Shown here one piece after another: positions 8,560 to 17,303 of a stretch of 17,926 nucleotides of DNA (positions are counted from its first letter, which is position 1; the number at the start of each line of letters is the position of its first letter). A model generated the notes under the pieces. It was given only the letters and a program-made list of their open reading frames with translations. It did no database searches and had not been told where the DNA came from. The translations under genes and the position numbers were made by a program. Origin of the DNA: Amoeboradix gromovi X-113 (taxonomy: Eukaryota; Fungi; Sanchytriomycota); the NCBI GenBank assembly GCA_018985225.1, contig JADGIF010000138.1:1-17926 (forward strand). The letters run 5' to 3'.

Positions 8560-10425
8560 TTACTTCTTTATAAATGGATAATTCCTCTTCTTATAAAATG
8601 GCCAAAATTGGAGTCTGCAAATCATCAGTAGAGTGTCATAGCTGGTGGATCTATCAATATATTTTTCTGCTGCCAATATATGTTCAATATCTTTATCTGT
8701 ATTAGCAGAAATCAAAGATTTTAGTTTCTCAGATTGACTTCGGCTTGGTGCCTTGTTGCAGAAAGAAAAATTAGATTTCCTAGCATACTGTATGGAAGTG
8801 GCTTGTAAGTTACGGTAAACAATTGACTCTGCATATTTTACGGCTGATTCAATACTATTAAATGATTTGGAATATTTTAAAGTTTGATTTTTTATTATTC
8901 CCATTTCTAAATGCCAGCAGTTCTCGTCTTCCTCGCTTATTATAGATAAAAAAGATGGGGTGATAGCGCAGAACACGCTGCCGTACATATTGTTCCATTT
9001 CAAACGAGGATGCTTTACTGTTCTGAAAGCATAACATAAATCTTTAGGATCTTTTATAGATTTAAATTCTAATTTGCGCATAACTTTTTGTTTCACCAGC
9101 GGCTTATTCCTTGATATCGTTGATAGTTTTACAGGCTCGTTTATATTAAATATAGGCCTTTCATTAAGGGAATCCAACAAATCATATTCTACCCATTGAT
9201 AATCTTTAATTAGATCTTTAGGCGGATTAACCACTGTTCTTTCTTTCGCCAGTAATTCATCTGTTTTCTCATAGACTCTCGATACTTCTGTTTTAGGATA
9301 ATCAAATGCTGCATATTCTAAGTTGACCCTTTTAGGTGTCAGAGCAGGATCTTTGCAACCATCTACTATATCAATGATCTTACAATTCACTTTATTTGGC
9401 GAATTTCTTAGTCCTCTTCCAAGCATTTGCTGATGTAATACCGAGGACAGGGTAGGCCTAGCCATTATCAAGCAATCTATGTTAGGGATATCGGTTCCCT
9501 CTGTTAAGATAGCACAGTTTATTAGTATAGGAAATTCTTGGTTTCTAAACGCCTGAAGAATTTCTTTTCGTGTTTCTATTTCTGTTTTACTGCTTATACC
9601 TTTTGCATTTATACCACTATCTTGGAATGCTCTTACAAGAGTATTGACATGATCTATGTCTACAGCAAATACAAGTGTTGATTTGCGGTCATTTGCGGCA
9701 TGTTCAAAATAAGATTTTACTATGAAATCATTTCTGTCTTTTGTGTTGATAGAATACTGCAGTTGCAATTTGGAGAAATCTGATTTTGAAGAGTTCTGTC
9801 TAGCCTCTATAACTAATTTTGATTTAATGCCAACTACAACTACTGGACATAAATGACCATCCTTTATTAGATCAACAATGTCTTTGTGATATGTTAAGTG
9901 CTCAAATATTTCACCCAACTGCTTGTGGTCATCTCGGCTAGGTGTTGCAGTAAACCCAATCAGTGGGATGTCAACAGGCTTTTCATCATCAAAGTAACCA
10001 AAATGTGTAAATATCTTTTTGTATGAATTAGTGACTGCATGATGACATTCATCTACAACAATTAGTTTAAAATCATCGGGATTATAGTTAGATAGTCTGT
10101 TGGACTTCTTAGAAACTAGAGATTGAACGCTAGCAACAATAATATCAGCATTACGCACATGTGCTCTCTTTATCCCCTGATCGATTTGAACATTAGCTTT
10201 AGGCATTATAGCTTTACAAGTTATCGCAGCTTGCATCAGCAATTCCATTCTGTGGGCTAGGATTAAGGTTTTCCTGTCTCCGTTGACTAACTGTGCGCTT
10301 AGATGGGCAAAAGTAAATGTTTTGCCAGATCCGACTGGCATAGACACAATTTGGCGATATATTCCTTTTGATATAGCCTTTTTAATAGACTCAATACATT
10401 GCATTTGATACGAGCGAAGTGTCAT
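8560..10425 (-). CDS. IRC3: IRC3-like superfamily 2 DExH helicase
   Basis: LRSYQ (Q motif), MPVGSGKT (I), ILAHRMELLMQ (Ia), DECHH (II), GFTAT (III), STLVFAVDIDHV (IV), LTEGTDIPNID (V), QMLGRGLR (VI). First ATG is 10425. The 3' end may extend to 8514 through a 22-nt intron. Confidence 0.85.
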   Translation of the reverse strand: MTLRSYQMQCIESIKKAISKGIYRQIVSMPVGSGKTFTFAHLSAQLVNGDRKTLILAHRMELLMQAAITCKAIMPKANVQIDQGIKRAHVRNADIIVASVQSLVSKKSNRLSNYNPDDFKLIVVDECHHAVTNSYKKIFTHFGYFDDEKPVDIPLIGFTATPSRDDHKQLGEIFEHLTYHKDIVDLIKDGHLCPVVVVGIKSKLVIEARQNSSKSDFSKLQLQYSINTKDRNDFIVKSYFEHAANDRKSTLVFAVDIDHVNTLVRAFQDSGINAKGISSKTEIETRKEILQAFRNQEFPILINCAILTEGTDIPNIDCLIMARPTLSSVLHQQMLGRGLRNSPNKVNCKIIDIVDGCKDPALTPKRVNLEYAAFDYPKTEVSRVYEKTDELLAKERTVVNPPKDLIKDYQWVEYDLLDSLNERPIFNINEPVKLSTISRNKPLVKQKVMRKLEFKSIKDPKDLCYAFRTVKHPRLKWNNMYGSVFCAITPSFLSIISEEDENCWHLEMGIIKNQTLKYSKSFNSIESAVKYAESIVYRNLQATSIQYARKSNFSFCNKAPSRSQSEKLKSLISANTDKDIEHILAAEKYIDRSTSYDTLLMICRLQFWPFYKKRNYPFIKK

Positions 10426-10567
10426 GAAGTAAAACAAGCACTCCTTGTAAGAGTACTGCCTAGCGCTCTTGATAAACTCTTCAAATGAACATAGAATTAT
10501 CTTAAAATAATTTAGGTTTTTGATTCTCTTGTAAAACTGTCAAACTGAAACAATTTGCTCCAGCTTC

Positions 10568-11083
10568 ATGAGCAATATTACCACGGATAATAACGCTCAA
10601 CCTCCAAAAGCACTACCAAGTTTCTTACCTCTTCCAGCATCAAACTCAGAAAACACTGTTACAACTACTACTGCAGCAAACAAAGATTCTGAACCAAATA
10701 CCTCAAACACCGGTAACCCTAACCAGCAAAGTAATAGCCCGGCTAATAAAAACAATGCACAGTTAGCGACAACTCCAGTGCTTGGGAGCTCTCCAGGCGT
10801 ATCTCCGGAACTGAAAAATAATTTGCCATTAGTTACTAATCCTAGTAGACCAAGTGATGCAGTAGTTAAATTTGCGGACCAGGTTCAGAACAATGACCCT
10901 AGTAAGACAGTGGAGTATTTTCTCAGTGTGGTCGCAGAGCAGACTGTGGTTGACAACAAAACTATGGATGTTTACAAAACAAAGACTTTCGCCCAGATTC
11001 GACCAATATATGGAGTAAGTGCTTCTGAAGGTTTCTTAAAAATGGAATTGATCTTGCTACTTTTGCTTTTTGGATTCTTTTGA
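10568..11083 (+). CDS. Hypothetical N/S/T/P-rich protein with hydrophobic C-terminal tail, tandem paralog 1
   Basis: ATG ORF; its C-terminal ~60 aa align with 11442-11879 (DPSKTVEYF...QTVVDNKT..VYK..TFA.IRP). AATAAA lies 2 nt after the stop. Confidence 0.8.
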   Translation: MSNITTDNNAQPPKALPSFLPLPASNSENTVTTTTAANKDSEPNTSNTGNPNQQSNSPANKNNAQLATTPVLGSSPGVSPELKNNLPLVTNPSRPSDAVVKFADQVQNNDPSKTVEYFLSVVAEQTVVDNKTMDVYKTKTFAQIRPIYGVSASEGFLKMELILLLLLFGFF

Positions 11084-11441
11084 GCAATAAATCTAGTTTT
11101 TTTATTTGGCCATAAATTTTAGGAGAAGTGAAAAAATTGCAATCATCAGTTTTTATTGAATAAATAATTTATCCCGACTAGATGAATTCTATCGCTAACA
11201 TATTTCGCATTGCTAGACATTTCTAATTCAGTAAAAATCCGAGATTCTTTCTCTTCATATAGAACAAATCACCTCCAACTCAAATATTATCTTTCTTTAG
11301 TTGCAAAATTGTATAATAGCTCATTGCTATTTCTCAGCATGAGTAGCAAAAGTCTTTACTAGTTTCTGTGGATATCACTGATTTTCTCGGAAATCATGGC
11401 TTTTAACGAGGAGGACATTTAATGAGAGGAGCAAACATTCA

Positions 11442-11879
11442 ATGTCATCACTTGCATCTGCAGTATCTTCGCCAACGCCAAGTGGTAACACAGCTCAATT
11501 CGCACCAATAGCTACTACTTCGGACAACAATACAGTGTCAACAAACGGGCAACCGCCGCTTAATCCAAATCAAAATGTAACCCCGCCAAATCAACAGAAT
11601 GTTGGCGTAAGCAATAACCTTCCCATACTAACTGAAAGTCCAAAAGGATCGGGGTTAGAAGTTAAACCTATCAATCAAGTTACACTGGATCCCTCAAAAA
11701 CAGTTGACTACTTCGTTAGTTACGCTCTAACACAGACTGTAATAGACGACAAGACAACTATGGTATACAAAAGTCAAACTTTTGCTGCTATTAGACCGCT
11801 GACTCCAAAAAGCGAATCCATTTACATGTTGCCAAATCTATTTGCTTCGTTTTTATTACTGCTCCTAATATTTCAATAA
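11442..11879 (+). CDS. Hypothetical N/S/T/P/Q-rich protein with hydrophobic C-terminal tail, tandem paralog 2
   Basis: DPSKTVDYF...QTVIDDKT..VYK..TFA.IRP is shared with paralog 1. Stop lies inside AATAAA 11875-11880. Confidence 0.8.
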   Translation: MSSLASAVSSPTPSGNTAQFAPIATTSDNNTVSTNGQPPLNPNQNVTPPNQQNVGVSNNLPILTESPKGSGLEVKPINQVTLDPSKTVDYFVSYALTQTVIDDKTTMVYKSQTFAAIRPLTPKSESIYMLPNLFASFLLLLLIFQ

Positions 11880-11969
11880 ATTTAATTATTATAAGCAGGA
11901 TAGAGATACTTGTTGCCTTCTTATGATGCCATACAAGCGCAAATAGATTTCGTATTTCCCCTTTGGCAA

Positions 11970-12962
11970 ATGGTAGTTCTTCTTTTAACAAGTGCAGTTC
12001 TTTCAATGAACCATAGCCTAGGAATAATTGACAAAAACTTAAGGCTTGCTGATCCATTGCTAATTGAAAACTTGAAAAGATATTTGGATTATAGCGCAAT
12101 GTCTTACTGTTTACCAAATCTTGACTTTTCGTCATGTGAAGTCTGCAACTCACCAAGACTCCAGAACATTTCTAAGATTGTGACATTTCAATCTGAGTAT
12201 TATAAAACAGACTCATATGTTGCAGTCAATGACCGAAATAGAGAAATTGTCATAACATTTCGAGGACTGGATAACAATCGCCAGTTAGTACAGTTTGTGA
12301 ACACTGTCCTCAAAAGAATGGACATTCCACTTAGCAATGAATACGGAATATCTACACATGAAGTTAAAGTTCATTCCGGATTTTTAGCCATTTTTGAAGA
12401 TTCTTATCAGGTGATCTATACCCCTTTGATAAAAATAATCAGATCCAATCCTAATCACAGGATTGTGTTCAACGGGCATAGCCTAGGAGGCGCATTATCT
12501 GTGCTTCTTTTAATCAAACTAGTGTTCAAAGATCTTCTTGATCCTAAAAGAATGAAAATTGTTAACTTTGGGTCACCAAGAATAGGAAACAAGCCCTTTG
12601 CCCTTTTGGTTACGAGGCTGGTAAGAGAATGCTGGCGTGTAACACATGGTCACGATGTTGTGCCGAAAAGTCCACCTCGATTTCTGGGTTACCATCATTT
12701 TCCTAATGAAATCTGGCTAGTAGATGTTATTAATATCCCAAAATCAAAGGACTATACTTCAGATGCTTTTAAACCCTCACTGAAAACACCTTTTGAAACT
12801 ATAAATACAAAATCTTATGTTTGTGATCTATTCGATGACAGAAGGTGCTCTATCTCTACAGGGTCTAGTCCATTTGTAGACGAGTATTTACATTTGGTTT
12901 ACTGGAATCTGATATCATCCAGCCAAGATTTTGGGAGATGTTTTTATCAAGTGAAAAAGTAG
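11970..12962 (+). CDS. Secreted class 3 lipase (alpha/beta hydrolase)
   Basis: ATG 11970 gives a signal-like MVVLLLTSAVLS. Motifs YSAMSYC, IVITFRG, KVHSGF, nucleophile GHSLGGA, FGSPRIGN..FA, RVTH..DVVP..PP...GY.H. Confidence 0.92.
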   Translation: MVVLLLTSAVLSMNHSLGIIDKNLRLADPLLIENLKRYLDYSAMSYCLPNLDFSSCEVCNSPRLQNISKIVTFQSEYYKTDSYVAVNDRNREIVITFRGLDNNRQLVQFVNTVLKRMDIPLSNEYGISTHEVKVHSGFLAIFEDSYQVIYTPLIKIIRSNPNHRIVFNGHSLGGALSVLLLIKLVFKDLLDPKRMKIVNFGSPRIGNKPFALLVTRLVRECWRVTHGHDVVPKSPPRFLGYHHFPNEIWLVDVINIPKSKDYTSDAFKPSLKTPFETINTKSYVCDLFDDRRCSISTGSSPFVDEYLHLVYWNLISSSQDFGRCFYQVKK

Positions 12963-13063
12963 TCATGGTGAAGTTATAATAAAACAGTTTCCGCAATTTA
13001 GTATTTCTTGATTTTGTTAATTCACACTTTTCTTCATCCTGATACATACCGTAATCGAAATAA

Positions 13064-13699
13064 ATGAATTGGACAGGAGGAATTAAAAAAAGAAACAACA
13101 AGCCCACAATCCTTAGTTCCAACAATATTATTAAATCATGCGAATTCAAACTGCCATGGGCAAAAAGAGACCAAGCACAATTAAAGCAGACTGACTCTAA
13201 ATTTGATCAAGAATTTATTATCACCCATAAACCCAAGTCAATCAACTTTATTGAAAAGGAAGAATCCGGAGTATCAGAGATAGTTACACAGGAATCAAGG
13301 GAATCCAGTGAATCAAGTCTTAAATTGAATCCACCAAGACACATACTAGAGCTATGTGGATCCCCAGACATCGAAAACAACAAGATTGCCAAGAAAAAAA
13401 GGGAGACGAGAACAAAAAGTATACACAACGCAATAAGTAAATACAACAACATTGAAGAGAAGAGCTTTCTGACAAATCCTTTGGCCAAGAGGAATACAGC
13501 AAATTACAGCAACGACTCGCTTTTAAATTATTTAGATACTCCAGAGAAACTATCACCGCATTCGCAAAATGCGTCTTTGATTGATTTCAAAGAGGATGAG
13601 ACAGAGAGTCATGGTTTCGAAGGTTATGAGGAATTGCAGACGCGTGTGAAGATACTGGAAGATTTTTTGAGATCTCATTTTGAAGACTTTAAACAATAA
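13064..13699 (+). CDS. Hypothetical, mostly disordered protein with N-terminal MNWTGG motif (possible HEIP1/REDIC1 family) and short C-terminal coiled coil
   Basis: ATG ORF of 211 aa, stop inside AATAAA 13695-13700. Family link rests only on the first ~10 residues. Confidence 0.65.
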   Translation: MNWTGGIKKRNNKPTILSSNNIIKSCEFKLPWAKRDQAQLKQTDSKFDQEFIITHKPKSINFIEKEESGVSEIVTQESRESSESSLKLNPPRHILELCGSPDIENNKIAKKKRETRTKSIHNAISKYNNIEEKSFLTNPLAKRNTANYSNDSLLNYLDTPEKLSPHSQNASLIDFKEDETESHGFEGYEELQTRVKILEDFLRSHFEDFKQ

Positions 13700-13791
13700 A
13701 TGAGAAACTCTTAAAAAGGCAGCCTAGTTTTCTTTCTAATGTATTCTTTCTACCCGATAAAACACCATAAATTATAAAAGCTTTAATTTTA

Positions 13792-14380
13792 CATTTGGGA
13801 CATCAAATATAAAAACTGGACTAGCTTTCTGTAACAACTTGGACATTATTTCAGCTTTATTAATTCTATGGATTTAAGAGGCGAGTGGACATTCAGCTAG
13901 TTGCGGAGTTGACGAGTATAAAAGGAGAATAAATAACTTTTATAAATAACTTTTTGTATTGAAATTTCAAAAATAAATATTCTGTAAAGCTATTCTCTTA
14001 CTCTTTCATCCAATCTTTATTTCAAATAAAATATCACTATTACTCTGTAAAAACAAGATGACCCACTATCTCTTTCAAGTATACAAGGTCTTTGAGTGGC
14101 TAAGCAAAAGGTGCATTATCTAATACTTACCACTATTATCTATTCCATTTTCTTTTTCCTCTAACCACCTTTCGTACAACTTATTTTTTGTTTTCTCTTC
14201 TTATTAATCATTGTATCTAAGATTTTGATGGATGAAAAGCATTTATACTAAAATGATTTACTTGAACTAATCGGATTAATTTAATTTAGCTTAATTTACT
14301 ATCGTTTAATACACACTTGAAATAACGATTCAAACTGCTTCAGAAAGTTAGTCTAGTTTTTATGTTTGATGTTCCGTTTG
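13792..14380. mobile_element. Non-autonomous Tc1/mariner-type TIR element, copy 2, 589 bp, TA target-site duplication
   Basis: 40-bp TIRs at 13792-13831 and 14341-14380 (33/40 match; left TIR matches copy 1 right TIR at 37/40). TA at 13790-13791 and 14381-14382. Internal blocks are shared with copies 1 and 3. Confidence 0.9.
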
Positions 14381-14684
14381 TATAATGTGAATTTTGAATA
14401 TATTGCAATAGTATAAGAATCTCATTTCTGGTGTGACTATAGAGCATGTAGATCCTGTAGAAGATTGAGTCATACATTCCAGTGATTTTTGTAGTTTTGA
14501 CGTATTCAGGATGAGCAATTTGCAATTAATGAAATGAAAGATTGTTAAGTTTTTTTGTAGTTACGAAAGTCTAGAAAGAGAGCCTATCGAAGCCGTAGAG
14601 CTCAAATAATCACGATAAATGGGTTTTCAATTAAATCGATAAGTATTCATTTGCAATTTATAGTTATTTTTGAAAATCGGGGTT

Positions 14685-15764
14685 ATGACGAAAGCTGTCT
14701 GTTTTCTTAATTTAGGTGGACCCAAGACCACAAAAGACGTGCAGAGTTTTTTATTAAACCTATTTAAGGACGAAGATATCATTAAATTGCCTTTCCAAAA
14801 ATACTCTGCGCCAGTGATAGCAAAACGGCGCTCTTCTAGAATTGAAGCGCAGTATCGCAAAATTGGTGGAGGCAGCCCAATATCAGATTGGACAACCCAA
14901 CAGGGTAAATTATTGGAGTCAGAACTGTTAAAATCACAAGTTGTAATCAAAAGTTATATTGGATTTAGATATACACCTCCTTACACTAATGATATGATAA
15001 AAGAAATGCAAAAAGATGGTGTTAAAGAAGCTATTGCGTTTAGCCAATATCCCCAGTACTCATGTTCAACCACAGGTAGTTCTTTAAATGAGCTTTATAG
15101 ACAACTTAGTGTTCTGGACCCTCAAAAATCAATTAAATGGTCCATAATTGACAGATGGTATGATGAGCCTCTGTTGATTCAATCTTTTCAAGAATTGATC
15201 CAAGCTGCCCTATCAAAGTACTACTCACCCAAGGATCAAGAAGATGTAGTAATCTTGTTTTCTGCTCACTCTTTGCCCCTAGATAATATCCTGCGAGGGG
15301 ACACATACAGTGCAGAAGTTTCCACAACCTCTGCACTAGTAATGAAGCATTTTAATAATCCATGGAGTTTTTAAATAACTAATGTAGGAGTGGTTTGGCA
15401 ATCTAAGGTGGGACCTAAACAGTGGATGGCACCTTCAACAGACAAAGCGATTGAGGATTATCTCAAGATGGGTAGAACAAAGCTGCTTATTGTCCCGATT
15501 GCGTTTACGAGCGACCATATTGAGACTTTATATGAATTAGACGAAGAATATATTAAAGAGGCAAATGACAAGGGCTACCAAGACGTTCACAGGACTGAAG
15601 CATTGAACATTCACCCTACTTTTATCAGGGCTTTAGCTAGTCTTGTTACATCCAAGATGAGCAAATCTCCAGTTTCGCAACAGTTGGGATTGCAATGTCC
15701 TCATTGCACCAAAATGGTTTGTAAGGAAACTAAACATTACTTCAATCAGTTCAACCCACAATAA
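14685..15764 (+). CDS. HEM15: Ferrochelatase, [2Fe-2S]-type; join(14685..15366,15388..15764), 352 aa
   Basis: FLNLGGP, IGGGSPI, GFRY..P, FSQYPQYSCSTTGSS, WSIIDRW, ILFSAHSLP, spliced NPWRVVWQSKVGP, VPIAFTSDHIETLYELD, C-terminal CPHC....C. The two track ORFs are one gene. Confidence 0.95.
15367..15387 (+). other. Spliceosomal micro-intron, 21 nt, phase 1, with in-frame stop
   Basis: GTTTTTAAATAACTAATGTAG. Removal converts NPW-SF* / VVWQ into NPWRVVWQSKVGP, matching the conserved ferrochelatase NPYRLVWQSKVGP without a gap. Confidence 0.92.
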
Positions 15765-15828
15765 ATAGCTATCAATTAAGTCGTTATTGCTAGAAAATGG
15801 TAAATAAAGTTGTTAAAGGGATTTCAAC

Positions 15829-17295
15829 ATGACACTAGGAAAAGATTTTGGAAAAGCATTGATTAATAAAAAAAGAAAGCAGAACTCCGAACCTGCAGAT
15901 ATTCCTTTAGAATTGGCGAGTAATACCAAGGAAAACGAGTTAGATGACTTCTTAGCACAAGCAAGTCTTGAAGGAACAAATTTTGAATCTGAGAAGCTGT
16001 ACGTCAAATTTATTTCCACGACGCAGGTTATGAAAAGAAAGTATAACATATTGTCATCGGAAGAAGAAGCTATATTAATGAAAAAGTTTGACGAACTGGA
16101 AATAAAGTTAAAATTACCTCGTCGTCCTAAATGGAACTCAAAAATGAGCAAAGAAGAATTGCACTCTCTGGAGGACAAGGAGTTTCTGAACTGGCGGTCA
16201 AACTTGGCAGAGATTGAGGAAACACAGCAGTTGCTTATGACCCCATTTGAAAAGAACCTTTATGTTTGGAAAGAACTTTGGAGAGTGGTTGAAAAAGGTG
16301 ATTTGATTGTTCAAATCGTTGATGCTCGCAATCCTTTACTTTTCAGATGTATTGATTTGGAAAGCTATGTACTGGAAGTAGACCCGCGCAAAAAGAATTT
16401 GTTGCTTGTTAATAAGGCTGATTTGCTAACTAGATCTCAGCGTGATACTTGGAGTGAATACTTCAGTCTACACAACATAGACTTTGTGTTCTTTTCTGCC
16501 AAAGGTGTTGAAGATCAGATCGATGTATTAGATGTAGATCAATTAGTTACCGAATTAGTCAGAAGATGCCCTGAACCATTACACAAATCGGGCACGAATC
16601 CTGGTATGAAAACTGTTTCTTTTTGTGGCCATCCCAACGTTGGAAAGTCATCTACAATAAATTCGATAGTTGGCACCAAAAAGGTTACAGTGAGTAGTAC
16701 ACCTGGCAAAACGAAACACTTCCAGACACTCATGATCAACCCTCAGTTATGTTTATGCGATTGCCCTGGTCTTGTGTTTCCTTCTTTTGCATCTACACGT
16801 GCTGATATGGTGTGTAATGGCATTCTGCCTATTGATAACCTGACTGATTTCTTATCCCCTGTGGAATTGATAGTTAAAAGAATACCTCCGGCCCATTTGA
16901 GTAAAATATATGGGCTTAGCGTTCCTAAAGTGGCAGATAGTGAGGATTTCTTGTCTGTTTTGGCAAAAGCTCGAGGGTTTATGCGAAGTGGGTTCGGATC
17001 TCCAGACACATCTAGAAGCGCTAGGATTGTCCTAAAGGATTACGTGGATGGCAAATTGGTTTATGCCAAACCACCACCGTTATTTGAAGGGGTGTTCAAC
17101 GTTTATGATGAGACTGGGAGAGTCTTCAATAAGGAAACATTGGAAGACCAAGTAGATAACGAGTTCTTTACACCGAAGCCAGTTATAAAAGCGAAAACCA
17201 TAGGTGTAGCAGCAGATGATGATTATACAGGTCAAAAGTTCACAAAAAGTCAAAATTCAAAAAAACACTACAAAGGAAGAAAAGGAAATAAGTAA
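15829..17295 (+). CDS. LSG1: Large-subunit GTPase 1 (circularly permuted GTPase, 60S maturation)
   Basis: PRRPKW, FLNWR..LA, TPFEKNL.VW.ELWRVVE, QIVDARNPLLF, G4 NKADLL, G1 GHPNVGKSSTIN, G2 TPGKTKHFQT, G3 DCPGLVFP. Confidence 0.95.
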   Translation: MTLGKDFGKALINKKRKQNSEPADIPLELASNTKENELDDFLAQASLEGTNFESEKLYVKFISTTQVMKRKYNILSSEEEAILMKKFDELEIKLKLPRRPKWNSKMSKEELHSLEDKEFLNWRSNLAEIEETQQLLMTPFEKNLYVWKELWRVVEKGDLIVQIVDARNPLLFRCIDLESYVLEVDPRKKNLLLVNKADLLTRSQRDTWSEYFSLHNIDFVFFSAKGVEDQIDVLDVDQLVTELVRRCPEPLHKSGTNPGMKTVSFCGHPNVGKSSTINSIVGTKKVTVSSTPGKTKHFQTLMINPQLCLCDCPGLVFPSFASTRADMVCNGILPIDNLTDFLSPVELIVKRIPPAHLSKIYGLSVPKVADSEDFLSVLAKARGFMRSGFGSPDTSRSARIVLKDYVDGKLVYAKPPPLFEGVFNVYDETGRVFNKETLEDQVDNEFFTPKPVIKAKTIGVAADDDYTGQKFTKSQNSKKHYKGRKGNK

Positions 17296-17303
17296 ACATT
17301 AAT

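Noticed and set aside
14340-14525. 61-aa minus-strand ORF
   Set aside because: It runs into the MITE TIR, has a non-ATG start and shows no motifs.
15372-15374. Stop-codon reassignment or readthrough (e.g. TAA=Gln) as an explanation for the split ferrochelatase
   Set aside because: Readthrough would insert 7 residues into a conserved motif, whereas intron removal restores it exactly. TAA terminates most other genes normally.
102-17009. Short antisense or overlapping track ORFs (102-485, 1754-2065, 6248-6487, 11791-12156, 12865-13149, 13207-13488, 13320-13556, 14627-14950, 15133-15336, 15813-16178, 16539-16739, 16743-17009)
   Set aside because: They are shadows of better-supported genes, many with non-ATG starts and none with recognisable motifs.
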